From a virus, in IMG/VR virus record IMGVR_UViG_3300032093_000070, positions 17,010 to 81,009 of that record: a DNA stretch of 64,000 nucleotides; one strand, written 5' to 3'. Position numbers and translations under genes: made by a program. The notes below the pieces were generated by a model. That model searched no databases. It saw only the letters and a program-made list of their open reading frames with translations, and was not told the DNA's origin. Positions 1 through 10,008 of this stretch are shown piece after piece (position 1 is the stretch's first letter; each line of letters starts with the position of its first letter).

Positions 1-74
1 TTGCGCTGTCCACCTATCTTTTTTGATAGTCGTACCTCGTGCTTCTTTGACTCGCGTTGACCCTTACTCTTCAT
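1..74 (-). CDS. 5' part of a gene running off the window (MKSKGQRESKKHEVRLSKKIGGQR...), possibly a Holliday-junction resolvase/nuclease
   Basis: ATG at 74 overlaps the end of recA and the frame is open to the window edge; function guessed only from position next to recA. Confidence 0.4.
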   Translation of the reverse strand, partial: MKSKGQRESKKHEVRLSKKIGGQR

Positions 75-1116
75 TTACATGCTTTGACCCGGCTTTAATC
101 GAGTCCAGCACATCCCGTTCTAAGGTCTCGCGCAAATCTATCTCCTCGCGTATGGAGCTAAGCATAGCATCAGAACCCTGCCACTGACGATCCGCATACC
201 TGTAGTAGGCACCAGCTCGTTTGATGACCTTGTTAAGCATGCCAATAGCCAAGATCTCTTTGGCAAAGTCAAAGGATCCAGCTGGGAGTTCTCCGCCTTC
301 GGCAAAATAAAAGTCAACCAAAGCTACCTGTGAAGGAGGGGCGGACTTATTCTTCAATACTCTTACCTTGATGGTTTGCCCTACTCGGCGCTTTTCCTGC
401 CCAGTGCCAGATTCAATCCAATCGTCTCTTCGTACCTCGATACGGGTGAAGAAGGCATAGTCTTTTCCCAATCCGCCTGGTGTTGTTCGTGGGTCTCCAT
501 ACATTACTCCAATCTTTGATCGCCATTGGTTAATCATTAAACCAATGAATGGTCTTTCTGGTTTTGTAAGACTTCTCTTGCTGGCTTTACCGACCTTACG
601 AAAGAATTTATTAGTAAGTAGCGCCCCACGTCCCACTGTAGCTGTCTCCATCTCCGCCGCATTTTCCGTCGTAGGGACGAGGGCGGGAAGACTGTCAATG
701 ACAATACAATCCACAGCCTTTGACTGAGCGATTTGAACAACTGCCTCATATGCCTCTTCCATAATGTTTGTAGAAACTACATAGACTCGTGAAGGATCAA
801 CCCCACATATCTGAGCATACTCTGGCACCCACTCTTCTGCCGCTACCCACACCGTGGTGAACTCAGGATCTCTGGCTTGATTAGCCGCAATCGTCTTCAA
901 GGCTATAGCAGTCTTTCCGTTGCTTGCCTCACCAATAATTTCGTGCCATTGATTAGCTGGCCAGCCACCACCAAGTGCAACATCAACAGCAACGGATCCG
1001 CTTGTAAGTCGTTTACCTGATTCTGTAATTTCTGAACCTAAAACAATAGTGTCATCGCCCATTTTTTTATTTATTGCGGCAAAAACTTTTGCCAAATCGC
1101 CAGTAAGAGTAGTCAT
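64..1116 (-). CDS. recA: RecA-family recombinase
   Basis: SGSVAVDVALGGG, Walker A GEASNGKT, VIDSLPAL, INQWRSKIGVMYGDPRTTPGG, VLKNK. Confidence 0.95.
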   Translation of the reverse strand: MTTLTGDLAKVFAAINKKMGDDTIVLGSEITESGKRLTSGSVAVDVALGGGWPANQWHEIIGEASNGKTAIALKTIAANQARDPEFTTVWVAAEEWVPEYAQICGVDPSRVYVVSTNIMEEAYEAVVQIAQSKAVDCIVIDSLPALVPTTENAAEMETATVGRGALLTNKFFRKVGKASKRSLTKPERPFIGLMINQWRSKIGVMYGDPRTTPGGLGKDYAFFTRIEVRRDDWIESGTGQEKRRVGQTIKVRVLKNKSAPPSQVALVDFYFAEGGELPAGSFDFAKEILAIGMLNKVIKRAGAYYRYADRQWQGSDAMLSSIREEIDLRETLERDVLDSIKAGSKHVNEE

Positions 1117-1475
1117 TAAATGTGTCCTATGATCGTTTGTGGATTAAATCCGCCAGATTGTACTTGTTTAGCAGCTTGAGTTGGACCCTGTGATTGTTGA
1201 CCACCTACTATGCCGGCACCAACGCCGGATCCACTCTGTTGAATTGGGTAACCGCAGTCATAGCATCTAGCTCTTGACTCCGCTGTACCGCCGTAGTTTG
1301 AACTTCCGCAACCAGGACAACGAGGTGACATTTGAATCTGTTGTGATGGTGGGTAGTGTGATTGAACAGGTTGTTGAAAGGTTGGTTGTGGTTGTACCAA
1401 TGGAACTTGTTGAGCAGGTACCTGTGGTGTGGGATTACCTAGTTTCTTTGACCACCAATCAGAAGCCATCTTCAT
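1116..1475 (-). CDS. hypothetical protein with zinc ribbon
   Basis: CPGCGS...RCYDCGYP; stop overlaps the recA start. Confidence 0.7.
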   Translation of the reverse strand: MKMASDWWSKKLGNPTPQVPAQQVPLVQPQPTFQQPVQSHYPPSQQIQMSPRCPGCGSSNYGGTAESRARCYDCGYPIQQSGSGVGAGIVGGQQSQGPTQAAKQVQSGGFNPQTIIGHI

Positions 1476-1941
1476 CCTCCAACTTCTTTATCGCTATGTC
1501 CGATGCTATCGCATTATTGGTAACTAGCCCTAATTGCAACGCTATGGAGAAGCCCCCTACTAGGCTTGATACCGCAATGGCTTTGTAAACGGACTGCATG
1601 GTTATCATATCGTCTTCAAGATCAGCGGTTTCTGAGATCACCCCAGCTTTTTGCATCTCTTTTAACTGCATACTGGACACCGCGTCCGCGGCTACATCTG
1701 ATATAAAATCAAGGTACGGCATTAGATCTAAAACTTGTTCGAGGCGTAACTCGCTGTCCTGTCTTTCCTTTTTATTTCCCTCTTCGCTTACTGGAGTTAA
1801 ACCAATCAGTTCGGCAATCTCATTCTCATGCCCCATGCCGGTGTCGTATATGTACCACCGCATTAAAGTTGTTAGGGGAACATCTTTGCTAACTGTTACA
1901 AAGTCATTATCTTTTCCAAAGAGCTTACGAAACCATCTCAC
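1459..1941 (-). CDS. hypothetical protein
   Basis: 160-aa ORF overlapping both neighbours in the operon. Confidence 0.65.
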   Translation of the reverse strand: MRWFRKLFGKDNDFVTVSKDVPLTTLMRWYIYDTGMGHENEIAELIGLTPVSEEGNKKERQDSELRLEQVLDLMPYLDFISDVAADAVSSMQLKEMQKAGVISETADLEDDMITMQSVYKAIAVSSLVGGFSIALQLGLVTNNAIASDIAIKKLEDEDGF

Positions 1942-3905
1942 TTAGCCTCACCCCACCGTGTCACAACAGCCATGTCGGCCAACAGTGGGACCTTCAAAAC
2001 ATTTATATTTTCCATGGCATCACGGATCGCTTCCTTAGTCTCTTCAACCAAATGGTCTGGAGCTAGGGTAACTAATTCGTCGTGAACGGTAAGTATGAGC
2101 TTGGATTCCTTTGGCAGTCTTTCGTATGCCCTAACCATAGCTAATTTTATAATATCCGCAGCGGAACCCTGAATGCGGGTATTGAACGCCTGTCTTTCAG
2201 CTGAGGCTCGTAGCGCTATATTGTTAGAACGAATGTCTGGTAGGTAGCGACGCCTCTTGTAAAGGGTACTAACATAACCAAGCTTCTTGGCTACTCCAAT
2301 CACCAACTGCTTATAGTTGCCAACAGAAGGGAATCGATCAGAGAAATTTGTAAGAAGATCCCTAGCCTCCTGTATAGAGCAACCAATCTGACGAGCAATC
2401 TTGTCTGGGCCAACGCCGTAGGCAATAGATAGAACCAGCACCTTACCTGCTTTGCGATCCACACCCATCTCATTACCTACAGTGGTATAGATGTCACTGC
2501 CGTCAAGGTAGTTCTTGATCATGATGGGGTCTTCTGACATGGAAGCAATGATGCGTGGTTCAATCTGTGAGTAGTCTGCTACCACTAACTTGTAACCCTC
2601 TGGTGCATAAAATAAGTTTCTAATGGCGCGACCATGATCTGTGTTAGGCGCAGGAACATTCTGCAAGTTTGGATTCTTACTAGAAAATCTACCTGTCTCA
2701 GCCCCCCAAGGAATAAAGTCTGCATAGATCTTTCCATTAACTAACAGGCTGTCTCTGTGCTCAACCTTTGACTTACCATTTGTCGTCTTTACAACCTCGC
2801 CGCCTAAGTAAGGGACAACATAGGTGCTCAATAACTTGTTTAGATCTGAGTACTCAAGTAGTACCTTTACTAGCTCGTCAGTCTCTCTAAAGTCCTCTAA
2901 AGCCTCAGCTGATACTGAATAATCTTTGTAAGTCTTTTCGCCTTCTTTATCTTTACCTTTGCCTGTCAAAAGCTTTGGCTTCAATCCTCGACAGCCCTCT
3001 TCCTTTGGGCCGTACAAGATGTATTGTTTTTCAGCATTTGAATTGATGTTAAAAACTCCGCCGATCCTATAGATCTCTTTCTTTACTTCTTCTACCTCTA
3101 CGCTGATCTTGTCGTATAAAACCTGTAACTGATCTGTGTCAATAGATGCCCCAGTCAGCTTCATCTCACAAAGGACGCGTAACACATCCATTTCTAAGTT
3201 CATTACCTCGTTAACATTTGCTTCTTTTAATTTAGGAACAAGGTTCTGCCAGAGGAGGAAAGTGTATTTAGCATCTAGGTATGAGTACTTAGCAACCTCA
3301 CTAAAACTGTAGTCCTCTACTTTATGACCAATGCCCTTCTCCATGCTGTAACCAAGTTCTCTTTGCAAACAATCATCAAGACCAAGACGACCACGATTTT
3401 GATTACTGTTGTATAAGAAGGAAGCCATCAAGGTATCAAAGTAAGGCTTACAAGGAACCTCACCGCCGTAATACTTTGCAACAGAACTAAGATCAAAACC
3501 TAAATTGTGCCCAATCTTTAATGCTTTATCGTTGAAGAATAAAGGCTGGAGTGCTTTGAATACTTCACTCGGGTATAACTGTGCAGGGGCTTTGCCAAAC
3601 TCTTTAACAGCTTTTTTCTTATCCCGCGAATAATCTGACTCACGAGCTGGTAATCCTTCAAGTACACGCTTTTCCCCTTGACCGGTAAGCGGATAGGTTT
3701 CACCAATAAACTCACCGTTAGGATGACCAAGTGGTATGACATCGCACCTGCCATAAGTCGCAAACGATAACCAAAGGACTTCATTGACAGCAGGTACTTC
3801 CCTTCGATCACCTACAGTTTCAACATCAAATGCAAAAGCATCTTGCTGTAGGTAGTACGAAATCATTTCGTCTAACTGATCTTTAGTCGTAATTATAAAA
3901 GTCAC
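1938..3905 (-). CDS. polA: DNA polymerase family A (3'-5' exonuclease + polymerase, no 5'-3' exonuclease)
   Basis: ExoI FDVET, ExoII HNLGFD, TGRFSSKNPNLQN, motif A ADYSQIEPR, motif B KVLVLSIAYG, motif C VHDEL. Confidence 0.95.
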   Translation of the reverse strand: MTFIITTKDQLDEMISYYLQQDAFAFDVETVGDRREVPAVNEVLWLSFATYGRCDVIPLGHPNGEFIGETYPLTGQGEKRVLEGLPARESDYSRDKKKAVKEFGKAPAQLYPSEVFKALQPLFFNDKALKIGHNLGFDLSSVAKYYGGEVPCKPYFDTLMASFLYNSNQNRGRLGLDDCLQRELGYSMEKGIGHKVEDYSFSEVAKYSYLDAKYTFLLWQNLVPKLKEANVNEVMNLEMDVLRVLCEMKLTGASIDTDQLQVLYDKISVEVEEVKKEIYRIGGVFNINSNAEKQYILYGPKEEGCRGLKPKLLTGKGKDKEGEKTYKDYSVSAEALEDFRETDELVKVLLEYSDLNKLLSTYVVPYLGGEVVKTTNGKSKVEHRDSLLVNGKIYADFIPWGAETGRFSSKNPNLQNVPAPNTDHGRAIRNLFYAPEGYKLVVADYSQIEPRIIASMSEDPIMIKNYLDGSDIYTTVGNEMGVDRKAGKVLVLSIAYGVGPDKIARQIGCSIQEARDLLTNFSDRFPSVGNYKQLVIGVAKKLGYVSTLYKRRRYLPDIRSNNIALRASAERQAFNTRIQGSAADIIKLAMVRAYERLPKESKLILTVHDELVTLAPDHLVEETKEAIRDAMENINVLKVPLLADMAVVTRWGEAK

Positions 3906-3924
3906 AAATAGTCTCCCAATAGGC

Positions 3925-3965
3925 TGAAGGGCTAGTCTAGGGGGTCACCTACAACTAGCCCTTCA
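3925..3965 (-). other. long intergenic inverted repeat (12-bp arms) between the SSB-like gene and polA
   Basis: TGAAGGGCTAGT ... ACTAGCCCTTCA; no U-tract. Confidence 0.6.
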
Positions 3966-3977
3966 ACATCTCACTGT

Positions 3978-4643
3978 TTAGGACAAAGCGTTAGCGATTG
4001 CCTCTAGCTCATCCCAAGTTGGCGCTTTAAAAATAGAACTATCGTACGCTTGCATTTCGTTAACGATAGGGGTGACGGCAGCAAGATCAATGCCCCAGTC
4101 CTCTTGTAGATCTCTCTCTTTGACTGGGTTTACCTGATAGGTAATCGCAGCCATCTCACCAGTTCTACTAAGAGCCCAGTAGCTTCTATTTAACGGGCCG
4201 AATTGTTGATTGTGGTGCGCTGCATAAAGAGTTTTATACAAACGCGGAGTTGCCTTTAATACCTGACGCTGAGGTCCACCTTGGGCGCTGAGGTTGGCAA
4301 TAGTAAATGCGCGAATATGGCGAGGAACGCTTCCAAGCTTTACGCATAATGGATCATTAGATCCTAGGGAGATGTATGAACGCTTTCCAGAAGTTTTCTG
4401 AGTAAGCCAATGCTCTTTGTAAGAAGCAAATGGTGTTGCGCTCGGATCAATGAACTTAACGATCTGGAATTGACCGTCAATGAATTTGAAATCAACTGGG
4501 TAATTTCCACCGCCAGCGGCTGGGGTATCCCATCCACTTGATGAAATAGCGTTTGATGGACGACCTGCGATTTCTGTAGCATTTTGTACTGAAAAATCAT
4601 CATTCTCAGTAACGATAGGTGTTTCTTCTCTATTGATTGCCAT
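3978..4643 (-). CDS. putative single-stranded DNA-binding protein
   Basis: Position next to polA; aromatic-rich (KF...YKEHW...YWALSRTG) pattern resembling gp32-like phage SSBs. Confidence 0.55.
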   Translation of the reverse strand: MAINREETPIVTENDDFSVQNATEIAGRPSNAISSSGWDTPAAGGGNYPVDFKFIDGQFQIVKFIDPSATPFASYKEHWLTQKTSGKRSYISLGSNDPLCVKLGSVPRHIRAFTIANLSAQGGPQRQVLKATPRLYKTLYAAHHNQQFGPLNRSYWALSRTGEMAAITYQVNPVKERDLQEDWGIDLAAVTPIVNEMQAYDSSIFKAPTWDELEAIANALS

Positions 4644-4654
4644 TAGTATTCTTT

Positions 4655-5122
4655 CTATTTGGTTTCGGTTGCGCGGATGTTAGTCCACGCCTCGGCTAAC
4701 TCTTTGCTGAGTTGCCGGTGTTCGGACCATTCTATACGGGTTACCGTAAGGAGTCCAGCCTTATCCAGCATCTCTACAAAGGTTTCAATCATTGCTCTAG
4801 ACCACATCCTTCGACCTGGGCGTTTAGTCCCATACTTGTCAATGGTGTCAGACAACCGATAAGGCGAGGCAGGAATATGCCCTTCCTTGATCCACGTGCG
4901 GATTGTTATTACGGGTCGTCCAACAGCTGAGGCTAAAGCTCCGATAGTAAACATCTCGATATCAGTCCCGTTAGGCAAAGTTTTTTTGTAAGGCTTTGCA
5001 TCCCAGTTTTTATCAACTGTTACTTCCGGATCTTTTTGCACAGGCGCTTTACGCTTGCGCTTACTGCCTGGATAATAATCATCCAGATCAGCAAAACTAT
5101 TTTCAATGAAGTCTTCGCTCAT
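4655..5122 (-). CDS. MerR-like HTH DNA-binding protein
   Basis: FTIGALASAVGRPVITIRTWIKEGHIP...RRMWS. Confidence 0.7.
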   Translation of the reverse strand: MSEDFIENSFADLDDYYPGSKRKRKAPVQKDPEVTVDKNWDAKPYKKTLPNGTDIEMFTIGALASAVGRPVITIRTWIKEGHIPASPYRLSDTIDKYGTKRPGRRMWSRAMIETFVEMLDKAGLLTVTRIEWSEHRQLSKELAEAWTNIRATETK

Positions 5123-5526
5123 GCTTCTTTAACGAGGAAGGCGTAAGTAATTTTCTCTGGGAACATGGAGTCAATGTCTGCCTCAGAAAGCTTGCCCTCA
5201 TAGAAAGCAGCCATGATCGCAGACTCATCTAATGTTGGAATCATTTTGATGCACTGCTCTTTAATGCCGCGTTCTTCAAGAAGCTTTTCGGCAACAGTAA
5301 TATCAAGATTTTTAAAAACTTTGCGTTGTTTTGTTAATGTAATTTCGCCTTTAATTGGGTCTTCAACAGTAAGAGTAAGATGACCCTTTTCAGCAGTCTC
5401 GCCGTTGCTTTCAACGTGCTCAGTTAAACGAGTTTTTAATGTATTGACGCGATTGGTGAGTAGCTCTACTTCACCCTTTAATGATAGATACTGTCTAAGA
5501 CTTGTTCTTAGATCTTCTAAAATCAT
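5119..5526 (-). CDS. hypothetical protein (coiled-coil N-terminus)
   Basis: ORF; ATG at 5526 is preceded by AAGGGGG SD and preferred to the TTG at 5553. Confidence 0.65.
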   Translation of the reverse strand: MILEDLRTSLRQYLSLKGEVELLTNRVNTLKTRLTEHVESNGETAEKGHLTLTVEDPIKGEITLTKQRKVFKNLDITVAEKLLEERGIKEQCIKMIPTLDESAIMAAFYEGKLSEADIDSMFPEKITYAFLVKEA

Positions 5527-5551
5527 TTTGACCCCCTTGTTAGGTGGGTTC

Positions 5552-5581
5552 AAATTAATCTAAAGGGTCTACCTCTGTCAA
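5552..5581 (-). promoter_or_regulatory. sigma70-type promoter TTGACA-N18-TAATTT
   Basis: Perfect -35 inside the 3' end of the RHH gene, upstream of the 5526 ORF. Confidence 0.55.
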
Positions 5582-5713
5582 GTACTTCTCTAGCGCGGCG
5601 ATAATCACGCTGGTTACGGTCACCTTCTGGCGGGCAGCTTTCTTTTGCACGGCAAGCCAAAGGTCGTCAGGGACGCGGATCGTCCTCGTAGGGGTCTTAG
5701 GTGCGTTAGGCAT
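5555..5713 (-). CDS. ribbon-helix-helix DNA-binding protein, 52 aa (not in the ORF track)
   Basis: Hand translation MPNAPKTPTRTIRVPDDLWLAVQKKAARQKVTVTSVIIAALEKYLTEVDPLD: alternating beta strand RTIRV followed by two helices. Confidence 0.8.
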   Translation of the reverse strand: MPNAPKTPTRTIRVPDDLWLAVQKKAARQKVTVTSVIIAALEKYLTEVDPLD

Positions 5714-5722
5714 CCGAATAGT

Positions 5723-7312
5723 TTATACGGTGGCGTAGGCTAAGAACTGCTTAAGACTGCCTACAGTCATAGGAATTCCACCCTGCTCATCAATACCTTC
5801 GCCGTCAATGACCGCACTTGCCACAGCATTTTTTTGTTGAAGTAGCTCGTACTGTCTATCCTCAATAGATCCGTTAACGATGATGTCTTGGATAACAATT
5901 GACGGCCAAGTAGAACTGGCTCGTTTTATTCTTCCGTTTCGTTGAGTCGCAGAACCACTGCTCCAAGGCAGATCATAGTTAATGAGTAAGTTAGCCGCTG
6001 GAAGATCGACTCCATAACCACCTGCGTCAGAAGAAACCAAAACACGAATAGTAGGATCAGTGTTGAACGCTGTTTTGTTATCTTCTTTTGCCTTGGCATC
6101 TAACTTACCTGAGTACTTTCTACAAATATCTGTGCCTAAAGCATCAGTTATTTTGTCTAACATATCCACATATGTAGCAAATATAACTACCTTGTTAGCA
6201 TCGTTTTGTTCTAAAAATTCTTTTACATATTGGACTAGGAAGTCAAGCTTAGGGGAGGAATCAATTCCATCCAGATACCCAGACTCAACTAACTCGCTGG
6301 CATACATAGATCCTTCGCCGTTCATGGCGGCAAACTTGCGAGCGCTAGTCCTTAACAGATCTGGGTGAGAGCAAAGCATCTTTAAGCAACCTATCTTAGA
6401 CATGATGCGACCTCTGATCTCATCCTCCGGCCCTCCACCTTTGTTCTCTAAACCATAGTGAGCCATAACATTAAAGGAGGCGCCAAATAAGTTCTGAGCT
6501 TCGTCAAGGTCATCCACCAAATCAGTGGCTATCTTGAAGTAAAGCTTTGATGCTTTACGATCTAAAACAATCTTTATAGGATCTTTATGTATGGTGTCAG
6601 GAAGGAAAGGGGCTACATCTGGATCTTTCTGCGCCTTTCGTACGGCTGCTTCCTTCATCTTCTCATGCAAAGTCTTCAAGTTTCTGTAGTGCTGAACCGC
6701 ACCCCAATTGTTTCTAACAATAAAAGCCGAATCAAAGATATCAAATCGACCAAGCACGGATGAATCAACAAACTGCATGATGCTGTATAGCTCTTCAGGC
6801 TTACCGTTTTCTACGGGTGTTCCAGTTAGAGCAAATCTGTACTCTGCGTCGCTTAACTTCTTTACGGCTTTGGATCGTTTTGATCTAAAAGATTTAATTG
6901 CTGTGGCTTCGTCGCAGACGACGAATGATCGTGGGAGTTTAGATACGGATGCCCAGTCATTAACAACCTGCTCGTAGTTAAGAATGATGTAATCAACCCC
7001 TGAAGTCCGCCACGCCATTGCTTCGGCGTACTGCTCTGCTCTTTTCTTTGGCGTTCCATCAATAACCAAAGCTCGTGAAGATCCATCTGTAAACTTCTCA
7101 ATCTGGTTTGCCCACTGGTACTTTAAACTGGATAGGCAAATAATAAGACCTGGCTCATTTATTTTCCGCTCATCCATCAGCTGTTCTATGGCGGCTATGG
7201 TTATGACTGTCTTGCCCAACCCAAGGTCGTAGGCAACCAATACCTTCTTGCGGTCAATCATTCTGTTTACCGCTTCTGGTTGGTAAGGTAAAAGAGATCC
7301 AGTAAATGTCAT
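5723..7312 (-). CDS. SNF2-family (superfamily 2) helicase
   Basis: YDLGLGKT, VCDEA, ALTGTPVEN, SSDAGGYGVDL, YDLPWS, QRNGRIKR. Confidence 0.9.
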   Translation of the reverse strand: MTFTGSLLPYQPEAVNRMIDRKKVLVAYDLGLGKTVITIAAIEQLMDERKINEPGLIICLSSLKYQWANQIEKFTDGSSRALVIDGTPKKRAEQYAEAMAWRTSGVDYIILNYEQVVNDWASVSKLPRSFVVCDEATAIKSFRSKRSKAVKKLSDAEYRFALTGTPVENGKPEELYSIMQFVDSSVLGRFDIFDSAFIVRNNWGAVQHYRNLKTLHEKMKEAAVRKAQKDPDVAPFLPDTIHKDPIKIVLDRKASKLYFKIATDLVDDLDEAQNLFGASFNVMAHYGLENKGGGPEDEIRGRIMSKIGCLKMLCSHPDLLRTSARKFAAMNGEGSMYASELVESGYLDGIDSSPKLDFLVQYVKEFLEQNDANKVVIFATYVDMLDKITDALGTDICRKYSGKLDAKAKEDNKTAFNTDPTIRVLVSSDAGGYGVDLPAANLLINYDLPWSSGSATQRNGRIKRASSTWPSIVIQDIIVNGSIEDRQYELLQQKNAVASAVIDGEGIDEQGGIPMTVGSLKQFLAYATV

Positions 7313-7848
7313 CTGTGTAAGGCTGCAACCACTTCTAAAGAAAGGTCTTTAAAGTCCCCGCTATTATCAACGATGCGATCGTAGGAATAACCATCCATTT
7401 GAGTCTCTGAGATATGGGAGTTGACCGCGGTAACGCCGGGGCGAATGACTCTCCAGATCTGACCACCACGTTTCTTTATGGCTTCAGCTTCGTTAATAAA
7501 CCTGACATCCGTTATGACTAATCCATCATTTTGGGTAGGTGTGCTGAGGGCAGCGTTAATCCAAACATCTTCGCCCAAATAGTTTCTAGCTGAAACCCCA
7601 AGGTCTTGTAGTAAACGACGAACCTCTGGGTGCTGTTTAGCGCCCTCCCATCCGTTCAAAGCAACAAGGTCTGACAAAGTAGTGTGATTGTAATTTGATG
7701 GGCCAATGCCTACATAAGGATTTAAATCCAAAAGCATGTGCCTAATGTTGTCTGCAAAGGCAACTCTGGTATATCCATAGTTCTCTACGAGAAATTGAGC
7801 CACGGTGTCTTTGCCGGATCTTGCGTATCCAGATAACCCAATGATCAT
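7309..7848 (-). CDS. deoxynucleoside monophosphate kinase
   Basis: IGLSGYARSGKDT, AFAD, RRLLQDLG, ITDVRFINE, HISE. Confidence 0.85.
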   Translation of the reverse strand: MIIGLSGYARSGKDTVAQFLVENYGYTRVAFADNIRHMLLDLNPYVGIGPSNYNHTTLSDLVALNGWEGAKQHPEVRRLLQDLGVSARNYLGEDVWINAALSTPTQNDGLVITDVRFINEAEAIKKRGGQIWRVIRPGVTAVNSHISETQMDGYSYDRIVDNSGDFKDLSLEVVAALHR

Positions 7849-8771
7849 ACGACTGCCTTCTTCCCTTGAGCTATGTGCTTGGCTTTTTCTAGTCCCAACC
7901 TTATCTCATCTAAGCTCATAGCCCCGACATCCTTCATATCTGTGTGTTGGTAGTTAAAAAACCACGCCTCTACCCCCATCTCTTGGCACTTGTTCAGTAG
8001 CTCAATTGATGAGGAGGTTCCCGCTAAGTCGTTGTCCATAGCAAAGATAATGCGGTCAGCCCCTCGAATAGCGTTCAATTGAGACTGAGATACTAAAGCG
8101 CCCATAGTAGCCACCCCGCCAGTAAAACCTAAAGAGTGTAAGCGAACCGTATCTAAAGGAGACTCAACTACGATCATGTCTCCGCCTTTGTATTGCTGAT
8201 ACCCAAACAAAGAATGACTCTTTTTCATCTTAGGAGGTTGGTTGTTAAAGTAACGAGACGCAAATCCCTTTTCTTGCCATCCTAAAAGCTTTCCTTGTAG
8301 ATCTCTAACAGGAAGAATCCAATTATTTTTTCTGTGATCCCACAACACTTGGTAGTGCTGAGCTGAGGTTAGAAGTAAGCCTCGTGATGTCAAAGCTTCA
8401 GCTGGCGGATCAACAAAAGCACTTAACATTGATTCGGTGATCAATGACGGCTCTTCAATTGGTTGTTTCTTTTCGTTAGTAACTCTGTGGAATCTTTGTA
8501 CTAAAGCGTCTGGAGAATCCATCCAATCTTTTGCCTTATCAAAGTCAATACCTTTAACATAACTAATAAGACCGTACAGACTTCCCTTGAACTGGCACGA
8601 AAAACAAATGTGTTGACCTGTATCTGCGTTGATCCACCATGACGGATTACGATCCTCGTGACCAGTTCTGTCTTTGTGTGCTGGACAGCTTGCCTGTAGC
8701 TCGCTACCTCGATTAGAAAGTACTTTTATCCCGAGACTAGCGAGAGTAGTTTCCATCTCCTCAGAAGTCAT
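7845..8771 (-). CDS. dnaG: DNA primase (zinc-binding + TOPRIM)
   Basis: CPAH...CFSC zinc domain, VVESPLD, AMDND; start reassigned to MTSEEM, which overlaps the helicase end. Confidence 0.85.
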   Translation of the reverse strand: MTSEEMETTLASLGIKVLSNRGSELQASCPAHKDRTGHEDRNPSWWINADTGQHICFSCQFKGSLYGLISYVKGIDFDKAKDWMDSPDALVQRFHRVTNEKKQPIEEPSLITESMLSAFVDPPAEALTSRGLLLTSAQHYQVLWDHRKNNWILPVRDLQGKLLGWQEKGFASRYFNNQPPKMKKSHSLFGYQQYKGGDMIVVESPLDTVRLHSLGFTGGVATMGALVSQSQLNAIRGADRIIFAMDNDLAGTSSSIELLNKCQEMGVEAWFFNYQHTDMKDVGAMSLDEIRLGLEKAKHIAQGKKAVV

Positions 8772-10008
8772 CAGGAAGTCCTCCAAGATCTTCTTCTGAT
8801 ATCTCTCTAAATTCTCCTGTGTTCCAGTCCCAACATAGTGGAACCTCGGCAAGACCTGAGTTACGGCTTGCAACAATCTTTAAAGTTCTAAGGTCATCGT
8901 TTGCTTCCTCTTGCCTTTGCAGACCAAAAATAACATCAGCATCTTGATGGAATGAGGATGAGTATCCAATAGCATCAGCAGAGACTTGACCCTTCTTCAT
9001 CTTCCACGACAACACCTGCGTAGTAATAACCACAGGCTTTTGTATCTTTTGCGCCAGTCGTTTCAAAGATCGAGTGATGTTAGTAAGGGCTTGAGGTGTA
9101 TTGGACTCGCCCGTTTGCTCATCAATCATGAGGTAGGTGCCGTCAATAAAAACAATATCTGGATTTCTGTTTTGGATCTTGCTAGCAATACCACTTACCG
9201 TTTGACCGCTAGCTGAGTCTACAAACCAGAACTTATCTCTCATGTCTTGAATTGACTTAACCTTGGCGTAATACCGTGCTTCTTCCTCTGGGCTCAAAGA
9301 TCCGGTCATTAACCTTCTATGTGAGATGCGAGAACGCATAGCGTAGTAGCGGCTCTCTTGTTCTGCGTTGCTCATCTCAAACGAGTAGAACATAGGGACT
9401 TTACCCTCTAGGTGTGAGTTGATAGCAATCTGTAAAGCTAATGTGGATTTACCTGTCTTTGGTGGCGCAATGATCACAACTAGTTGACCTGGCTGTAGAC
9501 CAGAGGTTGCCTCATCCATAGTAGGAAATCCAGTAGGGATACCAAGTAGCCCAGGATTATTCTTTCTATGTTCATACGCATCAATAGCATTTTGCGCTGC
9601 CTTAGTAACTTCGAGGTCAGTAGATTTATTAAGTCCTTCTTCCTCTAACTTGATGATGCCAAGTTCCATGGCACGAAGAGCAGACTCGTGATCCTGCGCT
9701 TTCTCCATTGCATCAAGAGCTGAACCCAAGGTTGCGATGATGCGTTGTTTACGACGCTCATTTGTTAAGGAGTCAACTAAATAAAAAATGCTGTCTTCTA
9801 CAGCAGTTAGTTCAAACGAAGGAAAGTTTTCTTTTACTACATCAAGGCTTGGGCACTCTTGATAGTTTGAGTAGTGGTCGTGTAAAAATCTAAATATCTT
9901 TTTATCAGTAGGATCGGAAAACCAAGACTCATTGATATTACTTTCTAAGGCAAGAGAAAGATCTCTGTCTTTTATTATCTTGCTTAGAAGCCTCGTTTGA
10001 TTATTCAT
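8761..10008 (-). CDS. dnaB: DnaB-like replicative helicase
   Basis: GIPTGF, APPKTGKS, SFEM, FIDG, QDADVI; start MNNQ overlaps the upstream stop (ATGA). Confidence 0.9.
   Translation of the reverse strand: MNNQTRLLSKIIKDRDLSLALESNINESWFSDPTDKKIFRFLHDHYSNYQECPSLDVVKENFPSFELTAVEDSIFYLVDSLTNERRKQRIIATLGSALDAMEKAQDHESALRAMELGIIKLEEEGLNKSTDLEVTKAAQNAIDAYEHRKNNPGLLGIPTGFPTMDEATSGLQPGQLVVIIAPPKTGKSTLALQIAINSHLEGKVPMFYSFEMSNAEQESRYYAMRSRISHRRLMTGSLSPEEEARYYAKVKSIQDMRDKFWFVDSASGQTVSGIASKIQNRNPDIVFIDGTYLMIDEQTGESNTPQALTNITRSLKRLAQKIQKPVVITTQVLSWKMKKGQVSADAIGYSSSFHQDADVIFGLQRQEEANDDLRTLKIVASRNSGLAEVPLCWDWNTGEFREISEEDLGGLPDDF

Noticed and set aside
8772-8876. Long overlap of the primase ORF with dnaB, suggesting a fusion or frameshift
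   Set aside because: A downstream ATG at 8771 gives a normal short overlap and keeps the zinc domain intact
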